The notes under the pieces are model-generated. The model saw only the letters and a list, made by a program, of their open reading frames with translations. It was not told where the DNA came from and ran no database searches. From NCBI GenBank assembly GCA_001002325.1, contig LCNZ01000001.1, positions 67,773 through 131,772 on the forward strand: a DNA stretch of 64,000 bases, written 5' to 3'. The translations under genes were made by a program, and so were the position numbers. This stretch comes from Candidatus Amesbacteria bacterium GW2011_GWB1_47_19. Lineage in GTDB: Bacteria > Patescibacteriota > Microgenomatia > CAZETR01 > Amesbacteraceae. Below are positions 37,904-46,214 of the stretch, piece by piece; positions within the stretch are counted from its first letter, which is position 1, and each line of letters starts with the position of its first letter.

Positions 37904-40900
37904 TAATAGTTCCAGAGGGAAGATTGGTGCCAGTAGAGTATGAACCCGAGATGTGAGTTAACACTATTCTTACATTACCAGAAACATAATGTGCCCTGTA
38001 ACCAGAGCCAGCAGGATTGGCCTTACCCCAAGAAAAATTCCAGCGGACGGATTGACCATTGAGAAGGGGAAGTTTGACGTCAGCAACCCCACCACTTGGT
38101 GCTTTGACATCCATAGCATATCCGTAATAAGGACAACGGCTGGCAACGCCGGAGCAGACACTGGGGACACCTATGCTTGGACCGTAGCAGCCTGGCGCGT
38201 CTTGAGGGAGGGCCCATTTACAGGGCGTCCAACCTTGCCAGTAGGGGGTACTACCATGCCCAGTATCGTTAGAAGAGTTGTAAGAATAGTAAGTTATTAT
38301 TCCATCGTCTATGGGACAACTCGAGGGATCCCCCCAACCACCCCCCCCCCCCCCCCCCCCCCCACCGACACCACTATCGTCACCGGCAAAGAAGAAGGAA
38401 AGCGGGGTGGCGGGGATGACATAAGCGCCGGAGTTGATGATGAAGACAACAAAAGTAACAATGATCGGGATTACCAGGACGGTGATGACTATGGGTAAAA
38501 CACTAACGCCGGCTATGACTGTGACCACACCTGTAATTATTGAACCGCCGGTAGAAGCAATTTGCTGAAGAGATTGGACTCCCGGACCGGTGCCGGTAAA
38601 GAATGACTGGAAGGCGGAGCCAACAAAACCGCCGACACCAGTGGCTGCCAAGGAGCCGGTAATAGAAAGTCCGGCAAGCTGGGCACCAATAAGGCCGATG
38701 ATGGCACCAATAATCATGGGAGCGTTTTCTTTGATTTTTTTGGCGAGTTTTTTAATGACCCCCCAAGTGACATCTAATACTAGACCAACGACAAACGCGG
38801 CAACGTTTCCGATAACAGGAACTGTCGATCCGACAGCCTGAAGAGCTAAATGAAAGCCGAGCTTTATGGCGATTTTTTTAGCAATGGAAGTGACAGTCTT
38901 ACCAATTACAGTCTTGGCTAATTTTCCCCAAGCGGCTTTGGCGATACTTTTTACGGGGGAGAGGACCCTGTTGCCGATAATGGTGTAGCGGTGACCGGCA
39001 AGCCAGGAAGATCCTGTGGCACTTCGAACAGCGCCAGTAATGCCCGACTTAGTGAGAGAGAGGGAAATCTGTTTGCCAATTGTCGAGGAGAAGAACTGGC
39101 GACCGAGGGGGGAGGCGGAGAAACGCTCCAAAACCTCCAACACCCGGGGGTGGAGCAGGTCGCGGGGTTTTTGGCTGACGAATTTAAGCAGGTCGGAGAA
39201 TGGTCCGGGCAAATTGAGAGACCCCAAATGGGATTGGAGATGGAATGCCTGGGGAGGACCGAACTGGCGGAACAGGTTGGAAAACAATACTTGGGGATTC
39301 AGGTTCTGCAGATTGAGTCCAGAGGTTTGGGAGGGCTGTTTTGAGCGAAGAAGTTCTACGGACAAGGGAAACAATTGCTGAAAGGCTTGATTTTGGACAG
39401 AGAAAAGTTTGTCCGCGGGAGTGGAAGGGGCGCCGGCAAATCCAGCAAGAAAATAACCGGCCTTTACGAATGGGACCGACTGTTTGGACAGAATCTTGGC
39501 GATGGGTGAAGGCAGGCCGCCCATACGGAGCTGGTGATACAGATATTGAGCAGCCGCAGCATCGTCTTTGAGTTTGTAATTGAACATGGTGAAGTGTTCC
39601 CCGAGGTCCCTGAGAAGTATTTCCGGAGAACTTACTTTGTTGGCTTCCAATTTTGGAAGGAAGGTGAGCTGAAGATAGCGGGAGACTTCCTGGGGAGTGG
39701 CATCGGGACGGTAGAGTTTGAAGAGAAGAAGGTGGTCGGACAGTTCCGCGGCAAGCTGGGGGGTGACATTGGCCCGAGTTAATCTGGTGGAGACAACTAA
39801 ATGGAAAGAGGCCAGTTCAGGGTGGAGGGAGAGAAGTGCCGGAATAGCTGGAGACAGAACAGAAAAAGCTTGCGCCAGAGACATCCTGCCGCCTGAGGAG
39901 GAGAGGATTAGGTCAACAGCCGCGGGAATGGTGGTAGCAGGAGAAGCCGCCAGGTGGGTGGTCAGGAGAGGTTGTAAGGCAAACAGGATTCTGGATTCCG
40001 GATAATGGCTCGGAAGAGTAGAAAAAGAGGAAGATAAAGAGGATTTGATAGCCAGGAGATTCTCCGGAGATCCGGGAATATCGGAGAGATTGAGAGCCGA
40101 GGTCGAATGTAAATACTGAACAAGAGGCGAGCGCAGGTCCCGTAGAACCGGCGGGGCATGGGGATCAAAAATTTGTGCGATCTGGGAAATTGATTCAACG
40201 TACTCACTTGGAATGTAAGTGGAGGCGGAGGCGGAAAAAATTCTAGTAATATGGTCGGGTAACGAGGCGGGATTTGTGCCGAGAAGGGGAAATAGCTGAT
40301 TGAGAATTTGAGAGGCCTCATTCGGCGCCAGGGGGGCTGTAGACAGGATTTGGGAGGCAGCTGCAAGAAAATGTACCGGAGCGTAGGTTTGACTGAAAGT
40401 TTGGTGGGATGAGGAGGCGAGTACGGAGGCAATCTGTGGGGAAAAACCGGAAGATTTAAAGGCGTTTTCCAGCTCAACTAGGGTGGCAGTGGGGTGCGAT
40501 GTAAGGGTGGAATGGAGAGTAATGTGGGCAGAGACAATTTGTTCCGGAGTCAGCTTGAGTTTAGGTGAGAGGGAGAGAAGGGTGGATTGGGCAGCGGACA
40601 AGGAGGAGGATAATATTTCTGTGGCTTGGGGAGGGAGATTGGCGGCAGAGGTATATGCTGCAAAGATATGACTGGATAGGAACTCTGATTTTTGCGCAGA
40701 AATACCCGCGGTACGGAGCCTGGCGGTGATAATCTGGGGGGTTAAGATAGAGAGGGGGGTATCGGATAACAGATCGCGCAGCGCGGATGAAGCCTGGGTG
40801 GTTTGAGATGGCGAAAGATTAAGTTGGGATGAGAAGGAATGAATTACATCCAATGCTGAAGTTTGAGCAATTGAGACAGCCGGCGGGGCAATGAGGGCAG

Positions 40901-41249
40901 ACTGATACGCCTGTGAAAGGCCGGTAGAAAGGGCGGAAATCTGGGGGGAGGTAAGACGCGCAGTGGAGGGAAGCTTCTCAATAAGAGAACGGACGGCCTC
41001 GGGGGAAGATTGGGACGCCAGAGCAGGAAAAACCGATTGAAAAACGGCTTGGGTCTGGGCGGAAGAAAGTTTGAGAGACACAGAAAGTTCTGATAACGTG
41101 TCATTGGCGGCTACAAGTGCAAACGGAGATACGGAAATTCCGGCAGGGGTCAGGATGACGGCGGGAGCAATTAAGGCCGAACGGAAAGAAGAGTGGGAGG
41201 ATTTGGCAACGACGGCAGCCTGGGAAGAAGACAGACCGGCCCGGGCCAC
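37809..41249 (-). CDS. giant low-complexity surface/membrane protein with C-terminal M23/LytM-like (possibly degenerate) peptidoglycan hydrolase domain; T4SS-associated
   Basis: About 800 aa of S/A/L/Q-rich low-complexity sequence, then a cluster of TM helices, a Gly run encoded by a 23-nt homopolymer, and a Cys-rich region. The C-terminus (GYRAHYVSGNVRIVLTH...GFTHLHMEVSIGGIWVKPENY) aligns with the M23 peptidase at 10975 (GYGNMVVITH...GPHLHLEILENGRTVNP). YAMD stands in for HxGxD. Confidence 0.5.
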   Translation of the reverse strand: MARAGLSSSQAAVVAKSSHSSFRSALIAPAVILTPAGISVSPFALVAANDTLSELSVSLKLSSAQTQAVFQSVFPALASQSSPEAVRSLIEKLPSTARLTSPQISALSTGLSQAYQSALIAPPAVSIAQTSALDVIHSFSSQLNLSPSQTTQASSALRDLLSDTPLSILTPQIITARLRTAGISAQKSEFLSSHIFAAYTSAANLPPQATEILSSSLSAAQSTLLSLSPKLKLTPEQIVSAHITLHSTLTSHPTATLVELENAFKSSGFSPQIASVLASSSHQTFSQTYAPVHFLAAASQILSTAPLAPNEASQILNQLFPLLGTNPASLPDHITRIFSASASTYIPSEYVESISQIAQIFDPHAPPVLRDLRSPLVQYLHSTSALNLSDIPGSPENLLAIKSSLSSSFSTLPSHYPESRILFALQPLLTTHLAASPATTIPAAVDLILSSSGGRMSLAQAFSVLSPAIPALLSLHPELASFHLVVSTRLTRANVTPQLAAELSDHLLLFKLYRPDATPQEVSRYLQLTFLPKLEANKVSSPEILLRDLGEHFTMFNYKLKDDAAAAQYLYHQLRMGGLPSPIAKILSKQSVPFVKAGYFLAGFAGAPSTPADKLFSVQNQAFQQLFPLSVELLRSKQPSQTSGLNLQNLNPQVLFSNLFRQFGPPQAFHLQSHLGSLNLPGPFSDLLKFVSQKPRDLLHPRVLEVLERFSASPLGRQFFSSTIGKQISLSLTKSGITGAVRSATGSSWLAGHRYTIIGNRVLSPVKSIAKAAWGKLAKTVIGKTVTSIAKKIAIKLGFHLALQAVGSTVPVIGNVAAFVVGLVLDVTWGVIKKLAKKIKENAPMIIGAIIGLIGAQLAGLSITGSLAATGVGGFVGSAFQSFFTGTGPGVQSLQQIASTGGSIITGVVTVIAGVSVLPIVITVLVIPIIVTFVVFIINSGAYVIPATPLSFFFAGDDSGVGGGGGGGGGGWGDPSSCPIDDGIITYYSYNSSNDTGHGSTPYWQGWTPCKWALPQDAPGCYGPSIGVPSVCSGVASRCPYYGYAMDVKAPSGGVADVKLPLLNGQSVRWNFSWGKANPAGSGYRAHYVSGNVRIVLTHISGSYSTGTNLPSGTIIATLYPMGFTHLHMEVSIGGIWVKPENYFCN
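38341..38363. repeat. homopolymeric C23 (G23 on the coding strand) tract inside the giant surface-protein gene
   Basis: Counted directly: 23 consecutive C. On the minus strand it encodes the Gly run in ...DDSGVGGGGGGGGGGWGDP. Confidence 0.85.
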
Positions 41250-41588
41250 CAGATGTCGGGCTGGGAGGCAAAAGTGCGGGAGACAGTATCGCGGACAGAA
41301 GAGACGATGTTTTCAGGCAGCTTGAGGGAGTCGGAGGAAGCCAGAACGGCACCCTGGGCAGCGGCGGCGGCGACGGAGACCCGGGCGGGAGCAGCGGAGA
41401 GAGACTTCTCAAGGCGGGGAACAAGAGTCCTGACGGAATCGGCGGAAAGGCCGGCGGAACTTAAGGCCGAGGAAAGATCGGAGGCGGAAAGCTGAGGTCC
41501 CTGGGCAGCAATGACCTTATCGACCGCAGCAGCAACGGCAGCGGTATCTTTGGCAGACAAACCCAGATCGGAGAGAGCGGCAGGCAAG

Positions 41589-42500
41589 TCAGACCTGAGA
41601 ACGGCGGCGACAACGGCGGGAGCAGCGGCGGCAACCGGGGGAAGGATGACGGCGGGAGCAATTAACGGAAGCTAAATTTTGAGATAAACTAGATACAGCA
41701 GCAGTGGCAGCTTGAGTATCATCTGAAGGCAAATTAATCTGAGGTATAAGGGTAGTGAGACGGGAATAAAATTGGTCAGGGGTAGCTTGAGGGTGAATAA
41801 GTTTCTCCACAAAGAGGACATTTGCGAGATTGTCTGAAGCTGAATCAGTGAGATGGATAGGTGAAACCACCGATGAGCGGATTGATTGACGCAACTCTTT
41901 GAGATTGGGATAAATAAAAGTGAGAGTATCGGCAAGGGGGGCAATAAGATTGGTTATTGACTGGGAGGGCAACACAAATTCCAAAGTTCTGGCCAAATCG
42001 GGCAGAGGAACGCTTTCAGGATTGGTAGCCACCCGGCGGTAAATAGTGGGCTCGACTACATCATTGAAAAATTCTGCCGCGACTTTGCCCTGAGGGCTAC
42101 GTTGAGCGACCGACCGACTGATCATTTCCAACTGGGATAGCATTTTGTCGTGGACCGTGGGGTTTTTGTGCCGGATTTTCTCCGCTTCCTGTTCCCGGAG
42201 CCTGAGGTGATTTTCATAATCATCAACTAAAGTCTTGAGAATGCCGTACATGGAGTCGATTTTTTCCTGAGAGAGTTCAAGCAGCGCCAGATTCAAAGCC
42301 AGCAGGGGTTCTTCATCTTTTTTAATTAATTTGAGTCTTTCAAAGGGGAGAATTTGTTCAACGACAGACCAGATTTTTATTTCCACGGAAGCAGGTGTTT
42401 CTCCTGGGGGAATTTCAGGAGGAATAAGAGATAGGCTGTAAATTAATTTCTGAAGACGGACCAGTTGCTGAGTCTTGGTTGAGGTATAGACGTCAGGCAT
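41589..42500 (-). CDS. T4SS-cluster protein, hypothetical (coiled-coil/low-complexity), translationally coupled to VirB4
   Basis: Its start overlaps the VirB4 stop by 8 nt. The last approximately 25 aa (CSRRHPSPGCRRCSRRCRRRSQV) look out of frame. The coding appears to continue in the 41171..41587 ORF and then into 37809..41249. Confidence 0.35.
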   Translation of the reverse strand: MPDVYTSTKTQQLVRLQKLIYSLSLIPPEIPPGETPASVEIKIWSVVEQILPFERLKLIKKDEEPLLALNLALLELSQEKIDSMYGILKTLVDDYENHLRLREQEAEKIRHKNPTVHDKMLSQLEMISRSVAQRSPQGKVAAEFFNDVVEPTIYRRVATNPESVPLPDLARTLEFVLPSQSITNLIAPLADTLTFIYPNLKELRQSIRSSVVSPIHLTDSASDNLANVLFVEKLIHPQATPDQFYSRLTTLIPQINLPSDDTQAATAAVSSLSQNLASVNCSRRHPSPGCRRCSRRCRRRSQV

Positions 42501-44331
42501 GAGGTTTCTCCTGGTCGGTAATTAACCGCATGGCGGCTGCTTTCTGGGCTAATAACTCCGAGGGTTTGGTAGTGACAAGCTGGTGTTCGTCGGGGGAGGC
42601 GACAAAGCGGACGGCAACATGGTTATTGCCGGCAAAAAACAGGCCTTCACCGACGTTGGCGGAGAGCAGAAGATGTTTTTCCCCCTCGGAAAGATAAAAA
42701 ACCTGGGCGATTCGATCAACAGCCGCGGGAGACTGCTTCATGAGGATCTGGATGGATGAATTGGTGACGATGGCTTTGCCAAAATCAGTATTTAAGAAAT
42801 CTTCCACATCCTGAGTAATGGTGGTTAATCCGAGGAAGTATTTACGGGCGCGTTTGGCAATTCCGTAGAGGAAATTGGCCGAATCGGGATAGCGCATGAG
42901 ATACCAGGCTTCGTCAACCACCAGGATCCTTTTTTTGAGATCGCGGCGCATCTTGGTCCAGATATAATCGAGAATAATAAAAATGGCAATAGGTTTGAGT
43001 GAATCTTCAAGGTCACGAACAGAAAAAACAGTGAAAGGATTTTTGAGAGCGACGTTACTGGGCTGATCAATAATGCCTGTAAAACTACCTTTGACGAATT
43101 TTTCCAGACGATCCGCCAGTGAAGCAGCCTGGGGTTCTTCCATACCTATGAAAGCCTTGTATAGATCCTCCATGAGGGGGGGGACTTTTCTCTGAGTGAC
43201 CGGATCGGTGGTGATGCCTTTCATACGGTAAGACAGATTTAATGCCCGGTCCAAAAGAGCTTCCTCAGTGGGGTTGAGGGCACCCATGATGACCTTGAAA
43301 AGCGAATGCAGTGACTGAATCTTGAGGTTGAGTTCATTTTCTTCGGAGGTGTCGGTGAGGGCAGATAAATCGAAGGGATTAATGCGGTTTTGGGAGTTGT
43401 AAGCAAAATTTATATAATCCCCACCAACCACGTCACACAGAGGCTTGTATTCGTTTTCGGGGTCGATAACAATTACTTCCGTGCCGAACATGAGAGAACG
43501 AAGAATTTCCAGTTTGATGGCGTAAGACTTGCCTGCCCCGGCCTTGGCAAAAACGACGGTGTTGGCGTTTTCCAATGTGAACCGGTCGAAAATAATCAGG
43601 CTGCCGTTGTGTTCATTAATTCCATAGAGAACCCCTTCGTTTGAGGTAAGCTCGGAAGAAGTAAACGGGAAAGTAGTGGCCAGAGAGGTGGTATCCATAT
43701 TGCGGGTGACCATAAGGTGGTCAATACAGGTCGGGAGGGTGGTTTTGAAACCCTCGCCCTGTTCCAGGACGGTGGGAATTGAAGAAAGCAGAAGTGAAGA
43801 CAGAGTACTGCTGACCTGCTTGCTGGTGGTTTCCAATTCCGATGCCGATTCGGCGGGGATGGTGACATAAAGCGAAAACTGAAAAAAGCGTTCGATACCT
43901 TTGACCAGCTGATCCTGGAGAGACAGGGCGTCTTCGAGCTTTGCCTGGGTACCGGGATCGACAACCCGACCACGCTGCATGTCAGTGCTGAGTTCGGCTT
44001 CCATTTCAGCGATTTTGCGGCGGAGGTCATCCAGGGTAGATTTGCTTTCCACGGGATAGACGAACATGGAAATATTAAGAGAATGATCAAAATTGATTAG
44101 CTGAGAGAGCCAGTTGGCATCCACAAACCGGCGGTTGATGGTGGTGAAAAAGGAACGGTAGTAATACTCATTTATTTTGAGAAGATTAAAATCTATCGAA
44201 ATTTGCTGGGGGGCGATAATGTCCTGAACTGTTTTGGCCAGGGACAGAGTTTTGGTAACAGGTCCGGAGGAAGGAGTGGGGGCAGGGTGGGTTACGGTAT
44301 CAGATGATGGTCTTTTTTTGAAAAGCGGCAT
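42493..44331 (-). CDS. type IV secretion system VirB4/TrbE/CagE-family ATPase, ATPase portion
   Basis: Walker A VVFAKAGAGKSYAIK, a Walker B-like ILVVDEAWYL, and the AAA-like/DUF87 layout typical of monoderm VirB4 proteins (PrgJ/TcpF-like). Confidence 0.8.
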   Translation of the reverse strand: MPLFKKRPSSDTVTHPAPTPSSGPVTKTLSLAKTVQDIIAPQQISIDFNLLKINEYYYRSFFTTINRRFVDANWLSQLINFDHSLNISMFVYPVESKSTLDDLRRKIAEMEAELSTDMQRGRVVDPGTQAKLEDALSLQDQLVKGIERFFQFSLYVTIPAESASELETTSKQVSSTLSSLLLSSIPTVLEQGEGFKTTLPTCIDHLMVTRNMDTTSLATTFPFTSSELTSNEGVLYGINEHNGSLIIFDRFTLENANTVVFAKAGAGKSYAIKLEILRSLMFGTEVIVIDPENEYKPLCDVVGGDYINFAYNSQNRINPFDLSALTDTSEENELNLKIQSLHSLFKVIMGALNPTEEALLDRALNLSYRMKGITTDPVTQRKVPPLMEDLYKAFIGMEEPQAASLADRLEKFVKGSFTGIIDQPSNVALKNPFTVFSVRDLEDSLKPIAIFIILDYIWTKMRRDLKKRILVVDEAWYLMRYPDSANFLYGIAKRARKYFLGLTTITQDVEDFLNTDFGKAIVTNSSIQILMKQSPAAVDRIAQVFYLSEGEKHLLLSANVGEGLFFAGNNHVAVRFVASPDEHQLVTTKPSELLAQKAAAMRLITDQEKPHA

Positions 44332-44332
44332 G

Positions 44333-44965
44333 TCAGGTTTCAGTGGGTTTTGGCAAAATAACTCTACTACCTAAAAGATCGGGATTGTAGTAGTCGAAAA
44401 ACAGCTGAAGAAGTTCCTGGGAATTGAGCTGGCGGGCCCGCAAGCCGATACGAGCCAGAAGACGGAGAAGATGATCGCGTTTTGGAGCCAGATTGGTGGC
44501 TGCGCGATCGAAAATGTCCGCTTTGGCCAGGGGCAAACCTTTTTTCCGGGGGCCGAGGGCGCCCATGGCGGAACTAAAACCCAATTCCATTGAGCTGAAA
44601 GGAATGGAAATAAAGAATTTTTTGTCCAATACATTACCCTGACGGACAATGGCTTTGATGAAATCCCGGTATTTGGTGAGCTGCGTACGGATTTTGGGGG
44701 CAGAAGTTTTGGCCAGACGCTCTTCCAGTTTCTGCAGGTAATCGGATATATCCTTACGTTTGGAAGAAATAACTATCTGGATGGAAAAAGTCAGAGAATT
44801 TAAAAGTTGGGCGTAGGCATACATGGTGGCTTCCTGCTCTTTTTCGGAAAAAAGCCCGAAGTTGATGGCGCCGACCTCGAGAATCAGGCAGGCGGAACCG
44901 TCTTTTAATAAGACCAGATCGTTCTGAATATCTTCAATGTCCAGATGATCACGGGTAAGGTTCAT
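44333..44965 (-). CDS. VirB4-like N-terminal domain (separate ORF)
   Basis: LVLLKDGSACLILEVGAINFGLFSEKEQEATMYAYAQLLNSL resembles the VirB4/TrbE N-terminal region. It ends 2 nt before the ATPase ORF begins, in a different frame. Confidence 0.55.
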   Translation of the reverse strand: MNLTRDHLDIEDIQNDLVLLKDGSACLILEVGAINFGLFSEKEQEATMYAYAQLLNSLTFSIQIVISSKRKDISDYLQKLEERLAKTSAPKIRTQLTKYRDFIKAIVRQGNVLDKKFFISIPFSSMELGFSSAMGALGPRKKGLPLAKADIFDRAATNLAPKRDHLLRLLARIGLRARQLNSQELLQLFFDYYNPDLLGSRVILPKPTET

Positions 44966-44983
44966 AGTTAGAGTATAAGGTTG

Positions 44984-46039
44984 TCAGGCATTTTGGGGTT
45001 GGGCAGTGATAACGATGGGTGGGATAAGGGAATTGGCGACTTTGATGGAAACAGGGGGAAAATTGAAACCGTCTTTTTCGGAATTGATGACGTATGAGCC
45101 GGAGGGGAGGGGAATGGCAATCTGGAATTGGCCGAGACGATTGGTACGCAGAGCCCGGGCAGGGATGCCCGTCTGAGAATCGAGAATTTCCAGGGTGACA
45201 CCGGACATGGGTGAACCGGCGGAATCGTTGATCTGGCCGGAAAGAATATTCGGTTGGGTGGGAGCAGTGACAGCGGAAGTGAGTGTGGCCTGAGGTGCGG
45301 GGGGAGGGGGAGTGATAGTAGGCCGGGGGCCGGGTCCGGTCAGGGGAATATTGGGAAGAGGAGGCAGGGGCGAAACCACGGAGGAGGCGGAAGGGGCAGC
45401 TTTGGCTGGAAGAGGGGAGATAACCGGTTCCGGGACAGCAGCTTCGGCCGGGGCAGTGACCGGTGAGATTTGGGGCGGAGGGGTAAATGCGTGATATGCG
45501 GTTTGGGTGGGGGAATCCGGGGTGGCGGGACTTTGAACCCGGGCGGTACCGGGGAAGGTGGACGGAAGAGTGACCGGAGTCGGGGCAGTCGGGAACGGAG
45601 ATTCGGCGGGAGGGGGAGAAATAACGGGGGATGGTTCGGGCGCTGGTTCGGGGGCGAGGGAGGTGACAAATGAAGTGAAACTAGTAGCGGGAGATAGTGG
45701 GGCAGCAGGTGGAGGGGCGGCCGGAATTCGGGGAACAGTTTTAGTTGAAGGGGGGGAAGGGGCCCAGACAAATTCCGTGGGTGAATAAATAGCTTTCATA
45801 AAAGCGGAAATCCATTTGGCGAAAGGCCGGCCATTGATGGGAAGAAAGGCCATCGCAGCACCCATGACGGCGCAAATAAAGACAGCGGGGTATTTGATGA
45901 TGACCGGCAAGGGGGTGCGGAAGATCAGAAAGGCCATGACCAGGCCACCAGCCAAGTAGAGAAACTGCTTAAGGGTCATGTCCCCGACCAGGCGGAATTC
46001 GTAAGAAGAAATGTTTTGCGGGACAGGATGTTGTTCCAT
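44984..46039 (-). CDS. VirB3-like two-TM protein with Pro/Ala-rich linker and C-terminal Ig-like (CarboxypepD_reg-like) domain
   Basis: N-terminus has two adjacent hydrophobic helices (LYLAGGLVMAFLIF / AVFICAVMGAAMAFLPI) and sits directly upstream of VirB4, as in monoderm T4SS. C-terminus SGQINDSAGSPMSGVTLEILD...GSYVINSEKDGF. Confidence 0.45.
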   Translation of the reverse strand: MEQHPVPQNISSYEFRLVGDMTLKQFLYLAGGLVMAFLIFRTPLPVIIKYPAVFICAVMGAAMAFLPINGRPFAKWISAFMKAIYSPTEFVWAPSPPSTKTVPRIPAAPPPAAPLSPATSFTSFVTSLAPEPAPEPSPVISPPPAESPFPTAPTPVTLPSTFPGTARVQSPATPDSPTQTAYHAFTPPPQISPVTAPAEAAVPEPVISPLPAKAAPSASSVVSPLPPLPNIPLTGPGPRPTITPPPPAPQATLTSAVTAPTQPNILSGQINDSAGSPMSGVTLEILDSQTGIPARALRTNRLGQFQIAIPLPSGSYVINSEKDGFNFPPVSIKVANSLIPPIVITAQPQNA

Positions 46040-46214
46040 AAGGACTTAGGGTTGATTGATTATATCTGAAATATCTATTGCGACAGATTCGGTTCTATTA
46101 TCACTCTAACCTGTGAAGGCTTGAATGCAAGCTATTTTTTTCACAGACCGATATATTGACATATCCTATAGTTGCTAAATCATGATAGAATACGGTGTTA
46201 TATACTAGAGATAT

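Noticed and set aside
46040-46214. Sigma70-like promoter (TTGACA ... TAGAAT) in the divergent region between the VirB3-like gene and the 802-aa gene
   Set aside because: Spacing between the best -35 and -10 hexamers is 24 nt, outside the functional range. I cannot assign a confident promoter by eye.
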